From NCBI GenBank assembly GCA_021498095.1, contig JAIZWK010000001.1:4256768-4288767 (forward strand): DNA of 32,000 bases, given 5' to 3'. Under the pieces are notes generated by a model. It was given only the letters and a program-made list of their open reading frames with translations. It was not told the origin of the DNA and did not search any database. Position 1 is the first letter of the stretch; the number at the start of each line of letters is the position of its first letter. Positions 9,031 to 16,250 of this stretch are shown piece after piece. The position numbers and the translations under genes are program-made. Source of the DNA: Candidatus Harpocratesius repetitus (GTDB lineage: Archaea; Asgardarchaeota; Lokiarchaeia; Sigyniarchaeales; Promethearchaeaceae).

Positions 9031-9687
9031 ATGGAAAATTGGAAACGATTAGTCCCGTTTTTTTCTTCTGATACTTATGAGAGAATAGAAAAATTCTTAC
9101 AATTTGAACAAAATCAAGGAAAATCTATACTACCAACACATGATAATATATTCAATGCTTTTAATCTTACTCCTTTTGAGAAGGTTAAGGTTGTGATATT
9201 AGGTCAAGATCCTTACCCTAGTCCTCAGCATGCTCATGGATTGGCATTTTCAATTCCAAAAAGCACGCAAGATATTCCACCAACGTTAAAAAATATCTTC
9301 AAAGAATTAAAATCAGATATTGGAAATGATACACCACATGGTAATCTAGAACATTGGGCACAACAAGGAGTTTTGTTATTAAATACAGCGTTGACGGTTG
9401 AAGAAGGAAAATCGAACTCCCACCAATCAATTGGTTGGAAAATACTTACAAAAGAAGTCCTCACTTTAGTTTCTCAGAAGAAAAAACATTGTGTTTTTAT
9501 ATTATGGGGAAACAATGCACGTAAATATCGAAAAATCCTTACAAATCCTGCGCATTTAATTATCGAAAGCCCCCACCCAAGTCCACTTGCAGCATATCGT
9601 GGATTCTTTGGTTCTAAACCTTTTTCCAAAACAAATACTTACCTAAAAGAAAATGGGTTAATCCCAATCGATTGGAAAATTCTGTAA
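9031..9687 (+). CDS. ung: uracil-DNA glycosylase, family 1 (UNG)
   Basis: KVVILGQDPY, AHGLAFS, PPTLKNIFKEL, WAQQGVLLLNTALTV, FILWG, HPSPL, FFGSKPFSKTN. Start set at ATG 9031 (MENWK); track gives 8974. Confidence 0.95.
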   Translation: MENWKRLVPFFSSDTYERIEKFLQFEQNQGKSILPTHDNIFNAFNLTPFEKVKVVILGQDPYPSPQHAHGLAFSIPKSTQDIPPTLKNIFKELKSDIGNDTPHGNLEHWAQQGVLLLNTALTVEEGKSNSHQSIGWKILTKEVLTLVSQKKKHCVFILWGNNARKYRKILTNPAHLIIESPHPSPLAAYRGFFGSKPFSKTNTYLKENGLIPIDWKIL

Positions 9688-9702
9688 AAAAATAATAAGT
9701 GA

Positions 9703-10119
9703 TCACTCTTCTTGCTGAATTCCATTAATGATTAATTCTTGTTCTGCTTGAAATTCATCTATTGTATTCATTACAATTTGGGTATGCATCATTGCAGGGC
9801 CCCCATCCATTACACTGGTAGTTAAACAAGCTTCCATCAATTCTTCTTGACTGGCGCCCAATTCTAATGCTTTTTTTGCATGATAAACGATACACCATTC
9901 GCAACGTTTCGCTAAAGCAACAGACATCAATATAATTTGCTTTATTTTTGCACTTAAAGCCCCATCTCGATTAGTTGCATGAACATACTTGAGAAAACCT
10001 TTCATTGCAGGTGCGTTAAATTCCCTAAATTGTTGAAACGTACGGGTAGCTTCATCATATATCTCTTTACTGGATTTCAAAAAATTCACCGTTGATATTT
10101 TCGTACTCTGAACAAACAT
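9703..10119 (-). CDS. carboxymuconolactone decarboxylase / AhpD-like protein with CxxC
   Basis: GALSAKIKQIILMSVALAKRCEWCIVYHAKKALELGASQEELMEA is the AhpD core. Confidence 0.88.
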   Translation of the reverse strand: MFVQSTKISTVNFLKSSKEIYDEATRTFQQFREFNAPAMKGFLKYVHATNRDGALSAKIKQIILMSVALAKRCEWCIVYHAKKALELGASQEELMEACLTTSVMDGGPAMMHTQIVMNTIDEFQAEQELIINGIQQEE

Positions 10120-10183
10120 AAATATAATTTAAAATTTCTGCCTAATTATTTCAAGGGTGAATACCAAAACAACAGAAATGTCT

Positions 10184-10618
10184 TTATTTAAACAATTTGA
10201 AATACTGATGATACTCTTTCAACACTTTTTCTTTTAAGTTTATTAAAATTTGATTTGCAATGTCGCGATTGAGGTTGAATTCCACTTGTTCTCCTTGATC
10301 AAAGGAGATTCCACCGAGAATTCGTGTCCCGAGTTCACATTCAAAACAGGCATTTTTAGTGAGATCAAATTTCTCTAAAAATAAAGAAAATCTATTTCCA
10401 AAAAATAATGCGTAAATTGGTTCAAACTTGTGAACCATGTATAAATATTCATGTGAAATCCCCACAAGAGAAAAAAGAATGTAGTATCGCTGATTGTGGG
10501 AAAAAATTTGCTGGATTTTATCGATTGATACTAAATTTGTAATAATTATCCCTTCCTTTGAGAACAAAATTAATTTGTTATTGATTGAAGAAAAAAGCTG
10601 AAAGATTGAATATATCAT
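10184..10618 (-). CDS. hypothetical protein with a CxxC (ACFEC), translationally coupled to the TusA-like gene
   Basis: 144-aa ORF whose ATG overlaps the TGA of the upstream gene (ATGA, 10615-10618). No family recognised. Confidence 0.6.
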   Translation of the reverse strand: MIYSIFQLFSSINNKLILFSKEGIIITNLVSIDKIQQIFSHNQRYYILFSLVGISHEYLYMVHKFEPIYALFFGNRFSLFLEKFDLTKNACFECELGTRILGGISFDQGEQVEFNLNRDIANQILINLKEKVLKEYHQYFKLFK

Positions 10619-10857
10619 TCATGTATGATCATTATGTGAAATAGATTAGAATTTATTTGGTTTGATTGAATTTTAAAACGATTTTTAGAAAAAGGTTTTT
10701 GAATATTGGCTAATTGTTCCCTGGTAGAATAGAATTCAATATAATCGCCCGATTTCAGCTTTTTTGTGAGAATTTTCAGTTTAATCATGAGATTTGTGCA
10801 GGTTAAATTGCTATAATCATCGATTTGAGTTTCAACAACCATATTTTTTTCTCCCAT
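10615..10857 (-). CDS. degenerate TusA/SirA-like sulfur carrier
   Basis: 80 aa; DDYSNLTCTNLMIKLKILTKKLKSGDYIEF follows the TusA pattern (D-x-x-G-L-x-C-P...L-x-x-G-x-x-L), but CP is CT. Confidence 0.65.
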   Translation of the reverse strand: MGEKNMVVETQIDDYSNLTCTNLMIKLKILTKKLKSGDYIEFYSTREQLANIQKPFSKNRFKIQSNQINSNLFHIMIIHE

Positions 10858-10891
10858 GTAATCAAGTATTTAGATTAATTCTTATAATTTG

Positions 10892-12157
10892 TCAGAAAAA
10901 AAAAATACGCATACCAAGATGAATTTGATTATAATTATCAGATATAGAAAAGATTTCATGCAGATTATTATCATTTAATATTTGAACACCTGGCAAACCA
11001 TCAATACAGCCAATACCTTCGATATTTTCTCTAATGTTAGATGTACTAATTAAATTAGAATTTAAATCGGCATAATATTTTAAATTCTCCATATCATAGG
11101 TCGCTTCAATAATTTCTTTAATATTAAAAACAGGTTCATGGAAATCCTTATCTGTAAGAGTACTTCCAATAAATGTAAAAAGACCTTTATCTTGAAATAG
11201 CACCTTTGTTAAAATTCCATTATTTGCACATGCAATGGCAAAAGATATACCACCAAATGCCCATTCAGAATGGTATGGAGAATTAGAAATCACAATTAAA
11301 AGGGAGTATGATCCATCGAATGTGAATGTTTTGGAGTTTGATTTCAATATTGAAAAATAAATCATTCCAGAATTAGCAGAGAAAATAGGAAAGAGATGCT
11401 TAAACCTCTCAATTATTTCATTTAAATTAATAATTTCTACAGAATCAATCACATTGATAGGTGAGTAGAATCCATCAGAATTCATCATACAATATCCTCG
11501 AGCTATTGCACACCGAGAACATCCCATAATTTTTAGAAAAATTTCATCACTATTTGAATATTTAGAGAGTTTTGTCAAAAGGTTTCCTATATTTTCAAAT
11601 TCTGAAGGATTTTGGTTGGAATGAAACATATGTAAGCCATCCAAATAAGCATATAACTCAGTATTTTTGTTCATATTAGCTGCAGCTTTTAGAAATCGAG
11701 TGCAATAGACAGATGAGCGGCTCATATATGGTCCTTCCAATTGAAAAAAACCGATGTTATGAAGAATTTTGGATAATTTGCTTGTTTCATAATTTAAAAA
11801 GGAGTAATTCTGAGAAATAAGATGATCCCAGAAATCATAAGGAGAATCCCCAATTACATCAATATTTTCAAAAAATTCATTGGACTCATTAGTATTATAT
11901 ATTTTTCTAAAATCCAATCCACGTAATTGAGATTCCCATCCATCAAGCACCCAGAATATTAAATTATTTTTGTTTTTCTGAAATTTCTTTATAATATCTA
12001 TGATTTCTGGGTTGAAAAAAGAAAAGAGTGCTTCACCTGTAATATAAAAATGCAATTCTAACTTATCTTTTAATTGATTTTCATTTGTCAAGGAAAGAAT
12101 TAATTTCATTCTAACAAGAGATATGTAATCAGAAAATAAAAAAAATAAATTCGGCAT
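10892..12157 (-). CDS. three-domain DsrH/TusB-DsrE/TusD-DsrF/TusC-like fusion sulfur-relay protein
   Basis: N: FYITGEAL...FWVLDGWESQLRGL (TusB-like). Middle: GPYMS...YAYLDGLH...NQNP...GCSRCAIARG (TusD-like, Cys retained). C: LIVISNSPYHSEWAFGGISFAIA...VLFQDKGLF (TusC-like). GGAGGA RBS at 12164-12169. Confidence 0.75.
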   Translation of the reverse strand: MPNLFFLFSDYISLVRMKLILSLTNENQLKDKLELHFYITGEALFSFFNPEIIDIIKKFQKNKNNLIFWVLDGWESQLRGLDFRKIYNTNESNEFFENIDVIGDSPYDFWDHLISQNYSFLNYETSKLSKILHNIGFFQLEGPYMSRSSVYCTRFLKAAANMNKNTELYAYLDGLHMFHSNQNPSEFENIGNLLTKLSKYSNSDEIFLKIMGCSRCAIARGYCMMNSDGFYSPINVIDSVEIINLNEIIERFKHLFPIFSANSGMIYFSILKSNSKTFTFDGSYSLLIVISNSPYHSEWAFGGISFAIACANNGILTKVLFQDKGLFTFIGSTLTDKDFHEPVFNIKEIIEATYDMENLKYYADLNSNLISTSNIRENIEGIGCIDGLPGVQILNDNNLHEIFSISDNYNQIHLGMRIFFF

Positions 12158-12204
12158 ATTTATTCCTCCAAAGAGACATTTTAATAAAAAAGAGAATAAG
12201 AATG

Positions 12205-12432
12205 TTATTTCTTTTCAATAGTTAATTCCCACAAACCAGGTTCTAACTTCTTTAATTTGACAGGATATTTCGCTTTCTTCATAGCTCGAGGAATAGTTTT
12301 AGTTGCAGCAGGCGGATGGTCACATTTCACAATGAGAAAATCACCTGCAGAAATTTCTTCTAATTTTTGCTTAACAATTAAAAGGCAAAATGGACATACT
12401 TTTCCAGTAATATCTAATTCATGATTTGTCAT
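12205..12432 (-). CDS. tusA: TusA/SirA-family sulfurtransferase
   Basis: ELDITGKVCPFCLLIVKQKLEEISAGDFLIVKCDHPPA...IP; 75 aa. Confidence 0.9.
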   Translation of the reverse strand: MTNHELDITGKVCPFCLLIVKQKLEEISAGDFLIVKCDHPPAATKTIPRAMKKAKYPVKLKKLEPGLWELTIEKK

Positions 12433-12490
12433 ATATATGCTTCAACTCCTATTGTATTTTAACACTTGTAATATAAAAAATAAAAAAAAC

Positions 12491-12997
12491 TTAAAAAAGA
12501 GAAACAACCCAACTGGCAATGAATAAATGAAACAATACTGCTCCGACCATCATGCCTAAGATGAAGAAAAGAGATTTGACATTACCTTCAAATCCCATGA
12601 CAATTTGCCTCAGAGGACATCCTCCTAACATAACACCCAATAATCCCATTCCAAAACCACCAATAATTGCTAAAATTATATACGCCCAGTTTTCTAATCC
12701 TCCAGGTGCTCCTGGAATTGGAGTAAAAAAACCTTTTTCAGCAGCCCAATAGAAATTAGGAAATGCAGTTCCAATAATCAGCGAAAAGATGAAATAACTT
12801 ACGAAAGCAGAAGCAATTAATGCTAAATAACCAAAAAATAGTCTGGTCTGCTTAAACAAAAATAAATCCCTCATTCCACCAATGGAGCAGAAGCCAGATT
12901 GCTGTGCAAAATAACCAATGATAACACCTAATATAAGAGTCAAGATTGGAACTAAAATCAATACTGCAGTCCCTGTGAAAACACTTTGTAACATCAT
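12491..12997 (-). CDS. YeeE/YedE thiosulfate/selenium transporter family, C-terminal-half protein
   Basis: GVIIGYFAQQSGFCSIGGMRDLFLF and GGCPLRQIVMGFEGN; hydrophobic. ATG overlaps the upstream TAA by 1 nt (TAATG); GAGGAGG RBS. Confidence 0.88.
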   Translation of the reverse strand: MMLQSVFTGTAVLILVPILTLILGVIIGYFAQQSGFCSIGGMRDLFLFKQTRLFFGYLALIASAFVSYFIFSLIIGTAFPNFYWAAEKGFFTPIPGAPGGLENWAYIILAIIGGFGMGLLGVMLGGCPLRQIVMGFEGNVKSLFFILGMMVGAVLFHLFIASWVVSLF

Positions 12998-13530
12998 TAT
13001 TTTGCTTCCTCCTCAATTTGTTTTTTCATTTGAAACAAGACAATTCGGGTTCCTACAAAAACACCCAAAGCTATCGCTAAAATACCTATAAATGCAAGCA
13101 TATCTCCATATGCAAATCTTAAAGCGGCTCGGTAGGGACATCCTCCAAGAAGAAGAGCAAATATCAAAACAAAGATTCCACCAAGGAAATATAATAATGC
13201 CCCTTTAAAGTTTGCCTTTTTTATACGGAATTCTTTATTATTTTTAGCAGCTATAAGTGCTCCGATCATCACACCGATAATACTTAAAGCCGGTGCAAAT
13301 GCAGCTGCAGAAAAAGGTGCAACAACCAATGATGTTCCAAAGATTGAATTGATTAAATCATCCACCATATCTCGAGTGTGACATGCAACGCAAAAACCGT
13401 ATGCTTCAGGACCTCCAGCTGAATATAGAAGAGATTGTAACAATGCAGCTAAAAAACCAATAATCACCCCTAAAAATATCGGCGAGCGAACCATTTTAAT
13501 TAAATTTTTAGACTTGGATTCATCTTCCAT
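12997..13530 (-). CDS. YeeE/YedE thiosulfate/selenium transporter family, N-terminal-half protein
   Basis: GVIIGFLAALL, YGFCVACHTRD, IIGVMIGALIAA...KEFR, GGCPYRAALRFAYGD. Start moved to ATG 13530 behind GAGGA; track gives TTG 13542. Confidence 0.88.
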   Translation of the reverse strand: MEDESKSKNLIKMVRSPIFLGVIIGFLAALLQSLLYSAGGPEAYGFCVACHTRDMVDDLINSIFGTSLVVAPFSAAAFAPALSIIGVMIGALIAAKNNKEFRIKKANFKGALLYFLGGIFVLIFALLLGGCPYRAALRFAYGDMLAFIGILAIALGVFVGTRIVLFQMKKQIEEEAK

Positions 13531-13622
13531 ATCATTCCTCAATATTTTATCCTATAAAAAATTAGATATCAAACGAAATGAACCTATAGAATGTTTTAAT
13601 AGATAGAAAAAAAACAACGTAC

Positions 13623-13660
13623 TATGAAAAAAATTAATAAATATATGAAAAATTTTTATA
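13623..13660. promoter_or_regulatory. tandem candidate LysR operator boxes (T-N11-A)
   Basis: TATGAAAAAAATTAATA (13623-13639) and TATGAAAAATTTTTATA (13644-13660): both quasi-palindromic with T-N11-A, 21 bp apart, in the divergent yedE/lysR gap. Confidence 0.5.
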
Positions 13661-13682
13661 GTAATTGTAAACACTAAAAATT

Positions 13683-14636
13683 ATGAGTTCTTCACCTTCC
13701 TTATTAAATTCAATTCGATCTCTTCGAATTGAACACTTTTTAACACTAAATGAACTCATCAAAACGAGATCTTTTTCCCAAACTGCAAGAAATTTAGGTA
13801 TCACACAAGGTGCAATTTCCCATAGATTGAAAGATTTAGAGCATGCACTTGGAAATTTAGAATTATTAACCCGTACTTCCAGATATCTTAGCATTAATCC
13901 TGAGGGATTAATAGTGAAAAAATTTTCAGAAAAACTTGAAGAACAACTTTTAGAATTGCAGTTAAAAATTCAAGAAGCAAATAAAACACCCCAAATTAAT
14001 ATTACAATCGCCTCTTCTTCCATTCCTGGAGAATATCTTCTTCCTAAATTATTTATGCATTTTCAGAATAAATATCCAAATCTGATTTTTCAAATTCATA
14101 TTTCTAATACAAAATGTTCTATTAGCGAGCTTTTGAATGGCAAAACAAATTTTTGTGCAGTAGGAAATTTGGATCATGTTAATCTTTCAGAAATAGATTA
14201 TAAAGAAATCGGACAAGATAAAATTCTAATTATTGCTAAAAAAAATCATCCTATTTTCAGTTCATTACAAAAAATAAAAAATAAAATCGATTATCCTCAA
14301 GTTTTTTCTCATTTGCTGAAGTATCCGTGGGTACTCCGAGAATTGGGCTCTGCCACTCGTGAAATCTTTTTTCGAGAATTCAAGTATAGTTCTAAAATTC
14401 AGGTAGGATTGGAACTTCACAATAATACAGCCATCATTCATGCAGTGGAAAATAGTAATGCATTATCTGCTATAAGCAGCTTTGCACTTGAATCGTTAGG
14501 TAGAGAAGCAAATGTTCAACCAGTTAGACATATAGCACTAAAGAAAATTCAAAGGAATCTATATATTGTAAAAAAGAAGGAAAAAAGATTGAATCCACAT
14601 GAAAAAGATTTTTGGAATTTCACCAGTACCTTTTAA
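13683..14636 (+). CDS. LysR-family transcriptional regulator, CysL / selenium-associated type
   Basis: HTH: SFSQTARNLGITQGAISHRLKDLE...LLTRTSR. Effector domain: IASSSIPGEYLLP, LRELGSATR, ELHNNTAIIHAVE. Confidence 0.9.
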   Translation: MSSSPSLLNSIRSLRIEHFLTLNELIKTRSFSQTARNLGITQGAISHRLKDLEHALGNLELLTRTSRYLSINPEGLIVKKFSEKLEEQLLELQLKIQEANKTPQINITIASSSIPGEYLLPKLFMHFQNKYPNLIFQIHISNTKCSISELLNGKTNFCAVGNLDHVNLSEIDYKEIGQDKILIIAKKNHPIFSSLQKIKNKIDYPQVFSHLLKYPWVLRELGSATREIFFREFKYSSKIQVGLELHNNTAIIHAVENSNALSAISSFALESLGREANVQPVRHIALKKIQRNLYIVKKKEKRLNPHEKDFWNFTSTF

Positions 14637-16185
14637 TTACAGTATCTTTAATAATTGATGCTTTATTTGGGTAATCTAACGTATAATGCGCCCCCCGACT
14701 TTCTTTTCTGGCTAAAGCGCTTTCAACAATCAACCTTGCAACTGTTAATAAATTTCGCAGCTCAATTAAGTCGCTTGTTATTTTAAAATTCCAATAATAA
14801 TTATCTACTTCTTCATGAATCAAAGAAATCCTATGACGGGCTCTCAATAAATAACTAGTAGAACGAATAATAGAAGCATAATTCTGCATAATGTGTCGGA
14901 TTTCATTCCAATTAAAAGTAATTACAAAAGCTTCTTTAGAATCTGTTATTCCTTCTTCTGACCACTCTTGAATCTGATAAGGAGGAAAATTTCTTTTAGA
15001 ATATTTTTCACCAACATATTTTCCACATTCATAACCACATACCAAACCCTCTAAAAGAGAATTGCTAGCTAACCTATTTGCCCCATGAAATCCTGTACAT
15101 GCACACTCCCCAACTGCAAAAAGATCGGGAACATTAGTTTTCCCAAAAATGGTAGCTTTAATACCTCCACAAATATAGTGAGCAGCTGGAACTACAGGTA
15201 TGGGTTCTTTGGTAATATCAATATTAAACTTTAAACATGTTTCATATACTCCGGGAAATCGGCTTTTTAAAAATTCAGGATCTTTAAATGATATATCAAG
15301 CAAAACATAATCATCACCAGTTTCTTTTAGGACGGTATCAATTGCTCGTGCAACAATATCCCGAGGTGCCAATTCTTTTAAAGGATGAATTTTCTCCATA
15401 AAGCGATTTCCTTTCAAATCTGTTAAAATTGCACCTTCTCCTCTTATTGCTTCAGTGATGAGAGCATTCTTTGCCAAAGGATGATATAAACATGTAGGAT
15501 GGAATTGAACCATTTCCATATTTACGATTTCTGCTCCAATTCTGGAAGCCATGGCAATTCCATCTCCTGAAGCCACATCTGGATTACTCGTATAAAGGTA
15601 TACTTTTCCGATACCCCCTGTTGCTAAAATAGTGGCTTTTGCTTGAATTGCGTATATTTTATTTGTTTCATTATTAAGGACATAGACACCAGCACATTTT
15701 CCATTAATTTCAATTAGATTTATTGCCACTTGATTTTCTCGGAGTTCTACGTTTGGATATTTCTTAATTTGATTTACTAAAGTAAGGAGAACTTCACGCC
15801 CAGTTAAATCTTCATAGTGCAAAATTCTACGTGAATGATGCCCACCTTCTCGACCAAGATCTAAAATGCCTCCCTCTTTTTTATCAAATTTCATACCCCA
15901 ATTGATTAAATCCTTTACCCTTTCTGTTCCTTTTTGAATAATTTTACGAACAACTTCTCTATTACATAATCCATCTCCCGCTATCAAAGTATCTTTAACG
16001 TGACCCTCAAAATCATCACTCCAAGGCCCGGATGCAGCAATTCCCCCAGCGGCATAATATGTATTGGAATCAATTTGCTTTTTTTTGGTTAAAATTAAAA
16101 CTTGTCCAAAATGTTGTAGTTCAAGTGCAGTTGAAAGACCAGCAATTCCCCCACCAATAATCAGAAAGTCAATTTTTTCAACCAT
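14620..16185 (-). CDS. nadB: L-aspartate oxidase
   Basis: IIGGGIAG, SNTYYAAGGIAA, REGGHHSRRILH, QFHPT, LITEAIRGEG, ELAPRDIVARAI, PAAHYICGG, TGFHGANRLASNSLLEGLV, ESRGAHY. Start set at ATG 16185 (MVEK); track gives 16227. The 3' end overlaps the lysR 3' end by 17 bp. Confidence 0.93.
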   Translation of the reverse strand: MVEKIDFLIIGGGIAGLSTALELQHFGQVLILTKKKQIDSNTYYAAGGIAASGPWSDDFEGHVKDTLIAGDGLCNREVVRKIIQKGTERVKDLINWGMKFDKKEGGILDLGREGGHHSRRILHYEDLTGREVLLTLVNQIKKYPNVELRENQVAINLIEINGKCAGVYVLNNETNKIYAIQAKATILATGGIGKVYLYTSNPDVASGDGIAMASRIGAEIVNMEMVQFHPTCLYHPLAKNALITEAIRGEGAILTDLKGNRFMEKIHPLKELAPRDIVARAIDTVLKETGDDYVLLDISFKDPEFLKSRFPGVYETCLKFNIDITKEPIPVVPAAHYICGGIKATIFGKTNVPDLFAVGECACTGFHGANRLASNSLLEGLVCGYECGKYVGEKYSKRNFPPYQIQEWSEEGITDSKEAFVITFNWNEIRHIMQNYASIIRSTSYLLRARHRISLIHEEVDNYYWNFKITSDLIELRNLLTVARLIVESALARKESRGAHYTLDYPNKASIIKDTVIKRYW

Positions 16186-16250
16186 TATCCAATGTAATTT
16201 GGGAAGGATAAAAAAGCCTCTCTTCATTTTCTTTAGGTGATCTTAATATC

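Noticed and set aside
9703-13530. Selenocysteine (in-frame UGA) in the TusA, DsrE, AhpD or YedE genes
   Set aside because: All catalytic positions are ordinary Cys codons in uninterrupted ORFs. The TGA at 10615-10617 follows a complete TusA fold and overlaps the next ATG.
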